NCBI GenBank assembly: GCA_965644315.1
Contig: CBFFRQ010000030.1
Location: 558,001 to 622,000, forward strand
Length of the DNA: 64,000 nt
Reading direction: 5' to 3'
Source: Caecitellus pseudoparvulus
Taxonomy: Eukaryota > Protista > Bigyra: Bicosoecida
Below are positions 24,601-34,100 of the stretch, one piece after another. The notes under the pieces are model-generated. The model worked only from the letters and a program-made list of their open reading frames with translations. It made no database searches and was not told the origin of the DNA. The stretch's first letter is position 1. Each line of letters starts with the position of its first letter. The position numbers were made by a program, and so were the translations under genes.

Positions 24601-24643
24601 ACCCTTGCAGCATGTCCACGCTGCGCTGACGAGGCCCAGACAT
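18629..24643 (-). CDS. LRR ectodomain + Cys-rich + Ser/Thr mucin stalk + about nine-TM receptor-like protein
   Basis: Uninterrupted ORF of about 2000 aa: hydrophobic signal-like segment (FLWLMCVMSVWAAVAG), Cys cap, 28 LRRs (LxxLxLxxNxxLxSLPxGVF), Cys-rich region, TPSAS/TVTGTATVSG stalk, CQPGHRGLACQACDDGW, about 9 hydrophobic helices. The true start is uncertain (ATGs at 24643, 24313, 24304). Confidence 0.8.
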   Translation of the reverse strand: MSGPRQRSVDMLQGFSGLSQVQPAEQARLRQHRVPGHSSGRGMVSAHSCVAVRQEPGERGPSTCSSGRGYRLSVEQVNVRQRRIAGGVGVIASKTGRFGARSRWRRFLWLMCVMSVWAAVAGYVPSCCVVERGTLVSCSECGVSSLSISDGSFHNISISAFSSLSSLAALYLTKNDALASLPAGVFSGLSSLTHLKLLMNDALTSLPVGVFANLTRLTHLDLSYNGGLASLPAGVFSGLSSLTHLELSHNDALTSLPVGVFANLTRLTYLDLRSNGGLASLPAGVFGGLSSLTELDLRYNDALTSLPVGVFGGLTSLTELDLSSNDALASLPVGVFSDLTRLTYLNLYGITALASLPAGVFANLTSLTDLHLSGSSMNSLPVGVFGGLTSLTTLSLSFGNALTSLPAGVFDDLSSLAALYLTKNDALASLPAGVFGGLSSLTRLELSDNDALTSLPVGVFANLTRLTHLDLRNNGGLASLPAGVFGGLSSLTELDLRYNDALTSLPAGVFSGLSSLTHLELSYNDALTSLPVGVFANLTRLTHLDLRSNGGLASLPAGVFGGLSSLTELDLRYNDALTSLPVGVFGGLTSLTELDLSSNDALASLPVGVFSDLTRLTYLNLYGITALASLPAGVFANLTSLTDLHLSGSSMNSLPVGVFGGLTSLTTLSLSFGNALTSLPAGVFDDLSSLAALYLTKNDALASLPAGVFGGLSSLTRLELSDNDALTSLPVGVFANLTRLTHLDLRNNGGLASLPAGVFSGLSSLTELDLRYNDALTSLPAGVFSGLSSLTHLELSYNDALTSLPVGVFANLTRLTHLDLRSNGGLASLPAGVFGGLSSLTELDLRYNDALTSLPVGVFSDLTRLTSLFTFRSPLVSSCSQSMPSAFDCSMHIGPLPSSPRLCMCQSCPVPPPLTNDTIHCPASHSCSASSGSNPLIVQEGAVVNCSGNHSCTHSAMFCTRPSTPGHCSITCTGEGSCVGTTLYGAWHCSTGTCPPVVDIVCLPGQSVAMATPTPTPSPSASSTASATPSASSTASATPSASSTATLTPSVSTTSSATRTPSQTPSASGSAVPTPSASASPSGTGTASPTATVTGTATVSGTASPTSTVTGTATVSGTASPTSTVTGTATVSGMASPTSTVTGTATVSGMASPTSTVTTTPSSIPTHIPTNIPTGAPPSSRTAMPSTSSSPSPSHTPQPSPPRSAWALAPPSHNSSSHLQIAPHLSAQLACVQHCSSPQALILPCPRPGSCLPHTNVRLLSACQPGHRGLACQACDDGWAASSPCTTCRQCPYSGMAPGVVKAGATAAQMVLGLAMSLFAVHGYARAPDRVVTSLFSGGLRLAMWYIGMAGQVALLAADTPGILQATAHTLGHWADVCGMAQPWRAGQHQTLPPNGTMYASQPEPSQGVDVIGILGALTGRAGVATMPSAGCLTGGGDSRSPHDMANIIMAVYGGMLLCVSAAVLWCARPAPGKTWTTILLLLAPAAYMQVVPSVIQGQARIVGLQPVWRGMSSPDDVAGHAADVGGYAASLTLQCLAATVGVLSVLAWRQWRRSEHLLPRGASIPAYCTMGYRTQYTPQQAVRLAHITGADKALRAAAVAAARASERACCGAGRLLPTHAFPALQMALVVLVAVMGSMTTSIVARLVCVGVGVAGSMALVQHRRPWALAELTDLDVLAHGGILVQVVCVGVGTVGGGLTTAASIISAIGHVLVLLWLAMAVARGYSGRVRALLARVGRRLRALLPELGPASAGTGSSGQLGDVTDSQVPGVGSIVWALVQRCVRRGEVRPAASRPASDVLSVLGMVQEQGLTVETGMADVVGGSGTDLVAMPAGIEIKQSASGSKLASQVESQRHPLQSTSTGAPSHTVHGANPMLQVTGRGRQPLQVARPTRGFASPNRARDSPAAQPQRSAARTGVPQPLPPELPATNTAQRRSSVTEGLFSPEADAGQGAGDPCEALVLAFARNEDRRMSGGRRMDGRGRMSFSAARPQRPSLHEVGGES
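21171..21388. repeat. 48-bp coding tandem repeat, about 4.5 copies (TVTGTATVSG[T/M]ASPTS)
   Basis: Unit gtcacagtcgacgtgggggacgccatgccagacacagtggcagtgccc starts at 21171, 21219, 21267, 21315 and 21363 (partial), with minor variants. Confidence 0.9.
21509..21589. repeat. 30-bp coding tandem repeat, about 2.7 copies (ASSTASATPS)
   Basis: ggctgtcgaactcgcagatggggtggctga is repeated directly. Confidence 0.85.
22049..24142. repeat. Array of 28 LRR modules (75 bp; two of 72 bp) with an 822-bp higher-order duplication
   Basis: Near-identical DNA modules. Sequence at 22272 recurs at 23094 (offset 822 = 10x75+72), also visible as duplicated antisense ORFs 22418-22684 and 23240-23506. Confidence 0.95.
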
Positions 24644-25929
24644 GCGAGTTCCAAGTGGAGCACTAGGCAAGATATAGCGTAGCCTCCAGGTCTTTTCGAT
24701 TGTTTGCGAAGGGATCGCGTGGCACAGCTTTCTGCTCAAGTGTCAAGGAATGACAGCTGCTGTGAAAATGTCCGGCCTGTTGCTCGATTCCAAGCCTAGC
24801 TTAACGACACACGACGATGCAGGGAGAGAATCAAGCCCCCATACCAAATGGACTGCACTGTAAATGTGCCCATTGGTCGGCTCTTGCGAAATGGCTCAGA
24901 GTTCAGGGTAGCTCTTGCGTCGGCACGCGTTTCGCACGAAACGCTGGATTTCGCACACACACAGATGCCAGCTCGCTTGCCCAAGCCGCCACGACGTCTT
25001 TCAACCCCAAGCATTCCGCCCCATTATGGATACTGGAGTAACTCTCACTCCATGCACTTCCTCGCCGTTGCTGCTGGCTTGTCCGGTAGTTCAGAGCGAT
25101 GTGCTGGAAACGCACTTCGCAATGCTGTACTCCACCTTCTCATTGCTCGATGCACGCACAGACTGAAATTCAAAAAAATATGCTTGCTGCATCTACACCT
25201 AGCGTCTTTCATTCAACTCCCTGTCAGCTGGGGGCACACTCCTGACCGATGGCCAGCGGTGCTTCGCCCAAAACTGCTGCGTTCGGCTCCGAGTCACGCT
25301 ACCCCTCATCGAGCCATGCCTCAAGAGACTGGAAGCATACTGAACCCTGAACCCCACTTGGATGAACAGTGCGTCGCTTTTTTGTTTGAATAGGTTATGC
25401 CCTCCCCTGCGATTAGCACTCCAGGAAAGGAGCCCTCGACGCGCAGCACTTCTTGTACACCAAGTCCCAAAACAGACATCTCGACAGAATGCAAGCCCCG
25501 CGTGGCAACATGCCACCCAGAGATCTCACTCTTGCTTGCCTGGTATGTCTGTGGCCGTTTTCATGACTACATATCATGATCAGGAGCATCACGTCGGGAT
25601 CTGAAACAGAACATGCCCCCCTTCGGTGTTGGCAGCAATGCAATGAGCCCGCAGCATGTCCTGGGCTCAAGATCCTCAGCTCACAAACTTTTCGCCAAGG
25701 TGATTATGAGCAAGTGCTGTTTCGCTTCAAAGAGCACGGAGACACATTGCTCTGTGTATGCTAAATTTTTGCGACGTACAACATCACGATTTTTCCCCCT
25801 ACGTCATTTTAAAGAGTTCTCCCGATTCATCACCGTTACTCATATAAAATAGGACAGACAAGTTGTCCCCCGCTCCCCAGAACCATATCTTTACATCGCA
25901 ACACCTACGTCCTTTCATCCCAGAGCAGG

Positions 25930-27909
25930 ATGGCGGCGCAAGGGTGCCTGTCAGTGCAGACCGAGACGCTGCGCCAGACAGCGGCTGTGGTGTTTTTGCT
26001 TGCCTGCGCGCTTGTGGCAGGTGCCTCTGCATCTGAGATCTTCCGGCCGGGAGGAGAGGGGTTCTCTCTGATCGTGCTTGTTGTAGTTGCGGATGTGGTG
26101 GGGTTGGCGTTGCAGGCCGCTGTGGGGGCGCCGCCGTTGCTGGGGCACATGATTGTGCGTGGGCGATTTCCGCACTTGTCGCAATTCTGCCCTTGCCACG
26201 ACTCCGCACTGGCGCTGCGTCTTTCTCCCGCGTTATACAGACTGGCCTGGTTCTGAAGAATGTGGCAGCTCTTGACTTTGTGTCGCCCATCTCGTCCTCG
26301 CTTTCCTCCACGGCTCGCAACTTCGCCTTGGTGCGTGCATTTCGCCGTCACTGCGTGCAGGTCTCGCTCATGCCACTTGCTTCACACACAATCACGCACT
26401 CAGGCTGTGATATTGTTGCGGGCGGGACTGGGCATGAATGTGAACGCTCTCAGGCGGAATCCAGGCCTGATCCTCCGCCTGGCAGCGGTGCCCAACGTCA
26501 GCGAGGCGTTGGTGGCGAGCGGCCTCATCATCGCCGTGTTCGCTGGGGGCATGGACTTTGGCACAGCTCTCATGGGGGGCTTCATGCTGTCTGCTGTCTC
26601 ACCGGCAGTGGTCGTGCCGTCCCTGATCAGGCTTCAGGAGCAGGAGTACGGGACGGCGAAGGGCATCCCTACTCTGGTATTGGCGGCGGCATCTTTTGAC
26701 GACGTCATCAGCATCTCTGGCTTTGGGCTGCTGCTGGGCATCGTGTACAACTCTGAGGCAGATCCGGTCTGGACAGGATTCCGTGGCCCTGTCGAGTTGC
26801 TGACGGGGGCTGTCTTTGGCGTGGTGGTGGGCACTGGGCTGGGGCGGTGGGTGTTGCCCCAGACGGCCGCGGGTCCTTCTGTGGCACCCCCCCTCGCGGC
26901 TGCTCTGTGTTTGAGCGTTGCTTGCATGGCGGTGTTGGGGGGCAAGGCTGTGGGTTTTTCAGGGGGTGGTGCTTTCGGGGCCATCGTGCTGGGCTTGGCG
27001 CTGCAGCACGAGTGGAACCGCCAGGCTGCCGAGCTGACTGCGAGGACAGAAGACGAGACGCCAGAGGAGACACAAGTAGTGGCACCAGAAAGTGCGCCAA
27101 TGACGGCCCCAGTAAAGGCGCCGGTGGAAGCACCAGTAGTGGCGGCGCCTACAGCCGCTCATGAGGCTGCTGTTGATGGTGCCAATTGCGGAGAGGACAC
27201 AAAGAGCAGCCCCACTGCAGAACCTTCACTCGCTGTCGAAGCCCCCCAAGCAGAACCAGCCCCGGTTGAAGCATCATGCGAACTTGAGATGACAAGCACA
27301 GCCCCCGAGGCAGTGGTGGTGGACGTTTCAGCAGTCCCAGCAGACGACTCCACTTCATCCCCTGACACACCCACAGGCAAAACAGAAGACTGCGAGGATG
27401 TGGTGGCCAATCCGCCTCCCATGGCGGCAGCAACAGCTGAGGTGGCGGGCAGGCGCACTCTGGCTGGTAAGGCTTGGCGTGGTCGCATCGCCGCCTTGCT
27501 CAAAAGCCTTTGGCGGTTCGCGCAGCCCATGCTTTTCGCGCTGATCGGCGTGGCAGTGGATTTGTCCGCCATCAAGGCGGAGTTCTTCGGCTATGCCGTC
27601 ATCGTCGTGGGCGTGGCAGTGACGGTGCGGTGCATTGTGACGTTTTGCATTCTCCTGCCCGACGCTTTCTTGAACCACTGGGAGCGCCTGTTCTTGACTC
27701 TGGCGTGGCTGCCCAAGGCGACGGTGCAGGCGGCCATCGGTTCCCTGGCGCTGGACGCGGCGAGGGAGGCGGGGGGCGAGGCAGGGCAGGTGGAGCGCGG
27801 TCTCATCCTGTTGACGTTGGCCGTGGTGTCCATCCTGCTCACGGCGCCTGCAGGCGCGCTGGCCATAGCGTACACCGGCCCACGTCTGCTGGAGCGGGGC
27901 GGGGGGTGA
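25930..27909 (+). CDS. Na+/H+ antiporter, NHA/SLC9B-like
   Basis: Motifs PPLLGHMI|TGLVLKN, NFAL|AVILLRAGL, SAVSPAVVVPSL, GIPTLVLAAASFDDV, AWLPKATVQAAIG. Introns at about 26155-26240 and 26331-26403. Confidence 0.9.
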
Positions 27910-28171
27910 GCGCGGCACACGATCGCGGACAAAAATCATCAGCGAGATTGCATTGGCAGGTGTTGAACTTGCGTGCAATGGCACGTTCAAAACAGGCAGA
28001 TGGCAGAGGGGGCGGGGGACAGACCCCGCCCCCCTGCGAAAGCGAAGGCGGCGGAGGCCGCATGAGCAAGGCACTGGGCGGAGTGGCGGAACGGTGCCAC
28101 TTCCCAAGTGATGGACAGCCCACTGGGCTCAGGCAGACACAGCCAAGCGGGCCAGGTGGCTAGGAATGCAC

Positions 28172-31100
28172 TCACTGGCCGCGCAGGCGGTTGGCTGACG
28201 TCTTGCTGAGGCCGGGGACTGCCTTGCGCCCGACGGTGGAGCGGCGAGCAGCAGCCTGCGCAAAGTCGCGCTTGCTCTTGCCGCGGCCCTTGGGGCGGCG
28301 CTTCTTGCGCTCGTCGGCGTTGGAGGACAGGGACGCCTTGGCGCTGGCGACGGTGGCGGCCTTCTTCAGGCCGCGCAGCTCGTTGGTGGCGTCGGTGACC
28401 TGCTGGCGCTGGCGCAGGATGTACGTGCGCACGGCCTGCCACTGAGGGTGGTTGGGCACTTGCCCCTTGTTCAGCATCTCCAGGATGGCCGACACCTCCT
28501 CGGCGGACATGGCGTGCTTGGCCTTCTCCTGTGCCAGGCTGCCGGCCAGCAGGGGGTTGAAGGCTGTGTCGGCGCTGGTGGGCGTGGCGGCCTGCAGGCC
28601 CGCCATGCCGCGCTCCGCCTCCAGCTCGATGGTGGACTTCTTGGCCTTGCAGCACTTGCAGCAGGTGGCGAACATCTGGGGCGCGACGGTGTCGGAGATT
28701 TCGATGAAGGCGATGACGAGGAAGTACACGATGGAGCCGAAGATGACGAGGAGGGTGAGCCAGACGAGGGCCTCCCGCACCTCGGGGCTGCGGCCGTCCT
28801 GCAGGCGGCGGGACTGGAAGAGGATGGCTGCCATGGCGACGAGGATGGCGCAGGTGAGCAGCACCGTCTCGACGGTGTTGAAGTTGGTGAGGAACTGCGT
28901 CGTGGGCGCGCGCTCGGTTTCCTCCTTGATGCGGTCCATGGTGCGGGCCTTGGTGCGCTTCTTCAGCTTGCGCACGACCATCTTGACGTCTTCGTTCAGC
29001 TTCATGTGGCGGGGGTCGCCCTGCAGCACCTTCTGCTCGTGGTACAGCTCCTCGGCGCGGCGCTCGGAGGTGGACATGTACGGCACCTGCTTCACCTGGG
29101 CGGCAAAGGCGAAGAAGAGCACCATGACGATCATGGCCATTTGGAAGGAGGGCGTGGAGCGGAACATGAGGGAGGTGACGGCGATGGCGAACTTGCGCGC
29201 GACGATGACGGGCTGCCAGTACCACTTGCCGGGCTTGAACTGGTAGTACATCTTGCTGAAGCTCTTGCGGAAGGCGTACACGACGGGCACCTCCTTGGCA
29301 AAGTCCGACTCGGGGATGTTCTTGGCACGCAGGATCTGGTCGATCTTCACCGTGTCGCGGTTCTTGCGCAGGAGGTAGAAGACGCAGACGGGGTAGGCGA
29401 TGACGTACACAATGCACGTCACGATGGCCAGGGGGAAGAGCAGGTTGTGCGTCTCGCTCACCCAGCACCTCTCAAAGACGGCCTCCAGGTACAGGTACCC
29501 GTCGTCGGGGAAGGTGGGGCTGCAGTTGAAGATGTCAAAGGTGGTGCGGGTGAGGTACAGGTACAGCAGGTAGAACATGAGCAGGGACGTGGACACCAAC
29601 ATGGGCGCGTGGGAGTTGCGGGACTCGGGCTTCACCTGCTTGATCCAGCGCTTGTAGATGTACTTGGCCAGGTACGCGAGGAAGAAGACGGTGAAGATGA
29701 TGATGGGCAGCAGCATGACGCCCAGCCACTTCTGCGTGTAGGTCATGTCGGGCGACGCGCACTCGGGGGCGGCCAGGTCGATGTTCAGGTTGAACACGGA
29801 CAGCGCCGACAGGGCGTCCTTGATGATGCGGGGCCAGGCGACCTTGGCGCGGGCAAACAGGCCCAGCACCTGGAAGTAGTCCACACCGATGGAGATGAAG
29901 GCGAGGTTCACCTTGTACCGGTTCAGCAGCATGCCCACGGCACACACGGCCAGGATGCCGACGATGAAGAGCATGATGAAGAGCCAGCCCAGGTCGGGGC
30001 ACTCCTGGCACTCGCCGTCCAGCTTGAAGTAGCCGACGGCGCAGACACCGCAGCGGTTCCCATCGTAGCCCTTGGAGCACAGGTTGTTGCCGGCACATGC
30101 CTCGGGGGGGTCGCAGCCCACCATGACGGGACACTTGGTGAAGTTGCCGGGGCGCGACTCGCGGCCAGGGCAGTACTCGAAGGGCACCGTCTCGTTGTTG
30201 AGCCAGGCAGTGGGCGCGGAGATAGGCTCCCTGTACAGCATGCAGCCGACGTTGGGCACGCGGTCCAGGCAGGACTCGTCAGGCACGGCGTGGTTGAAGC
30301 AGACGCCCGAGACGGGGCACGGCAGGCACAGCTCGCCCACCTGCCCGTACATGTCAATGGGGCAGTGCAGCTCCACCCAGCCGGCCTGCACGTCGTAGGC
30401 GCGGTTCTGGTACGCGACGTCCAGGGTGATGTTCTTGGGCCCGATGGTCTGCGCCTTGGACGTGCACTTGAGCACGTCCAGCGTCGTGGCCTCGCTGGGC
30501 ACGACACGGGCGTTCTCGCACGGCACACCGCCGATGGAGACGTTCACGGGGGATGCCCCTGCTGCGCCAAAGTTCTGCCCGACGATGGTGAGCTCGAAGT
30601 CCACGTCGGCACGAGCGGGGGTGGGGGACACATCCTCGATGCGGGGCGGCAGGTAGGAGAAGGCGCCGGGGCGGGTGACGGAGCGGCCGCCCAGCAGCAG
30701 GTTCAAGTCGTAGCCGCTGCCGACGCCCGCGGGCACGCGGCACTGCAGGCGCTCGTGGTTGTGGCTGGCGCAGAACTCGTCTGCACCGCACCGCAGCACG
30801 AAGGGCAGCTCGCTGTGGGTCATGGTGACGTTCACAGTGAAGGAGGGCCCGCCGCAGTTGGGGCGGCCGAAGTTGGCGCCGTTCAGGGTCAGGACGCCGC
30901 CACGGGTGGTGATGCTGCCGCGGACGCTGGTGATGATGGGGTCGTCGTAGCGGAAGGCCAGCGCAGCCCAGGTAGCGCCGGAGAAGTCCGTGCCGTCCGA
31001 AGGCCAGGAGGCGGCGCCGGGCATGCCGTTGGTGCCTGCGTCACGGGTGCTCTGGCCCGCCACCACCACCTCCACGATCTTGTGGGAGCCCTGCCCTTCA

Positions 31101-34100
31101 GGCACGAGGAAGCTGAGGTGTGTGTGGTTGTACAGGTTGATGTCTGCGGCAGGCACGCGCACGTCCACCTCGGCGCCGGAGGCGATGGTGGATGGGTTGG
31201 AGCGCAGCCACACCAGCACGGAGTTGGGGTCGTTGCCGAAGTTGTCGCCAGTCAGCCACACGCGGATGCGGGCACCGGACTCGTCCAGGCCGGAGGTCGG
31301 GCCAGAGGACGGCCACATGGTGTGCACCTCAGGGGGCAGGTAGGACACCTGGGAGGCGGCAGTGGGGATGGTGAAGGTCTCTGCGCCAACTTGCAGGGAC
31401 ACAGGCAGCTGGCGACCGACGCCCTCTGGCATGGTGCAGTGCACCTCGCGATGCGCAGACTGGCCAGGGTTCACGATGCGGGCACCAGTGCCGTCACGCA
31501 GCAGTGTGCAGTTGTTCCCGCCAACCGTCACACGCACGGCATCCAGGGGCTGCGCGTCGGCGGGCCCGAAGTTCAGACCGTACAGCACCAGTGTGCCGCC
31601 ACCACGAGTGGTGCTCGTCAGGCTGGATGCGGCGGCGTCCACCGTGGGCGGCGCGTACGAGTAGGAGATGTAGTTGGGGGTCAGGCCCGTGCCGGGGTTG
31701 GGGTAGGTGGTCACAAAGTCGCTGAGGATGTCGAAGAGCTCATCACGCTCCTCCTTGTCGGAGACAATGGCAAACTCTGTGTTGGTCTCCACACGGGAGT
31801 CTGGCGTGTCGCAGACCTGACCGGGGGGCGTGGACGTCAGGCCAGAGCAGTCAGGCAGCACGCTGGAGAAGGTGGGGCACCCCACGGCCGCGCAGTGTCG
31901 GTACCGCAGCAGGTGCTGGAATGAGGGCTGCAAGTTCATGGAGGGGGGAATGGCGACCCTGTGCAGGGTGTGGGTGTGGTTCAGCACGCGGGCGTAGGAG
32001 GATGTCACAGGCTCTTGACCCGGCGGTGGGATGCCAAACTGCTGCGTCATGCCGTCGAACTGGGCCAGGGGCCGGCCGTCCAGGGCGCCAACCTGTGAGA
32101 AGTACCCCAGCCCGCCGGTCATGCCGAGGTTCACGCCGGAGACGGTCAGCTCGCCGCCCTCCGTGGGGAACACGAAGCGCAGCACGTTGAACGACGTGGG
32201 TCCAGACACGTACGCCTCCACAGACTGCTGAGGCGGAGCAGGCGCTGACGGGTCAGCGGTGGCGCTCACGCCAGTGATCGTGGGCGTGGCGTACTTGACC
32301 TCGATGATGTCCAGCGCGCTGCTGGCGTTGTTGGCGTCGGGGGACTTGTTGTTCCAGTAGAAGCGCAGGACGTTGGCTTCGCCCTGGCCCTCGGGCAGCG
32401 TGCAGTACACCGTGCCCTCCCGCGCCACCTCGTCGTAGTCAATGTTCGTCACGACGCACTCGTTGTCCCTGGCCCGCGCAGTCACAGGTGACACGCCGTC
32501 AGTGGGACCCTGCAGCACTGCGTTTTCACCAACCGTCACGTACATGAGGCTCGTGTCGTTGCCAATATTCTTCGCAGTGAAGGCGAGCTGGCCCCCACCA
32601 ATGGTGGGCTTGTCCGTACCGTCGTCCACACGCTGCCCCAGGGACGGGGACGTGGCCACGACCTCCTCGGAGCTAGAGTGGTACAGCGGCACAGAGGGAC
32701 CGAAGAGCCCCGTGGGGACAGCCTCAATGGTGCAGTTGGACACTTCCGTCACCACCGTCTGGTTGTTGGAGCCGATGGTGGTGATGTTGTACGCAGGCGG
32801 GCTGCCGCACACCAGCGTGTCGTTGGTGAGCTCGGGGGTATCGATGCGGTCGAACAGGTCCACCCGCACGTGGAAGTGGTTATCCACGAGGGAATCAGCA
32901 GAGGCGTTCCCGGCGGTGGCGCCGGCAGAGCCAGCCTTGGTGAAGCGGACCTTGATCTCACCGTGTGACCACAGCTCAATGTTCTCAGGGGGCACCAACG
33001 TGCCGTCCACGTACACAAAGCCGTCGAAGAAGCTGCCAGACCCGAAGGTGCGCCCCAGGGACGACCCGGTGATGGTGATGCGGGTGGTGTCAGCGCCCAG
33101 GTCCGCAGTGCGGTACAGGAAGCCAGGCGTACTGAGGCCGATGGGCGGACCGGGTGGTGCGTAGTCAAAGGTGATGGGGTCTGAGAGGGTGGCAGACTCG
33201 ATGCCAAGGCCCTTGGGCACCTGCACCAGCTGCACCTGCACGCCAGTGCCGACGCCGGGGGGCAGCGTGAACTCCACAGCTTCCTGCGCCAGAGCCCGGC
33301 CTCGTGCGCCGGTCCAGACCCGACCAGTCACGGCAATGTCAGTGAAGGCAGGCACGTCGGCTGGAGGCTCCCAGGCTTCAGCGGGGCCCAGGAAGCGCAC
33401 ACCATCGCTGCGCAGGTAGTCCAGGAACTCGGGCGAGTGCATGAAGGAGTAGTACGGCACGGTGATGCGCACACGCAGCTTGGTCTCCACGTCGGCACTG
33501 GCAAAGTTGGTGCCCAGCATGCGCGCACGCACGCCACCCGCGGTGGTCACCTGTGCGCCGTCAATGAGACTGAATGCCCCCAGCTCGGGCTTGGCGTAGC
33601 TCCACAGCACCGATGGCGTCTCAGACACCTGCCCCTCCACAGACACAGTCCAGATGAGGTCGGAGCCTGAGCCCGGGGCGGTCAAGCAGCGAATGGTCCA
33701 GTGGTCCTGCACGACGCAGTCCCGTGCGCGGTACTCCAGCCCTGTCACCGCGCCATACCGCACAAAGTCCAGGAAGGTGGGGAACTCACCGGGCGCCAGC
33801 TGGGTGGCGTTGTCGGCACCGGGGGTCGGCAGGGGTCCAAAGTTGCGGCCCTTGATGATGATCTCCTGCCCGCCTGCCGTGCTGGCGTTTGCAGCGGCCT
33901 CGCCCTGGAAGGACGTGATCACCGGCGCGCCGTAGTCCGTCGTGGGCAGCTCGCTTTCCTGCCCGTCCACAGTCAGCGTCCAGACCATGTTGGAGCCTGC
34001 GCCCTGCACGGTCTTGCACTCGATGCGGCTGTGGGCGAAGTTGGGCAGCATGGTGCACTGGGACACGTCCGCGGCGAACTCCTTCACCAAACCGTACCGC

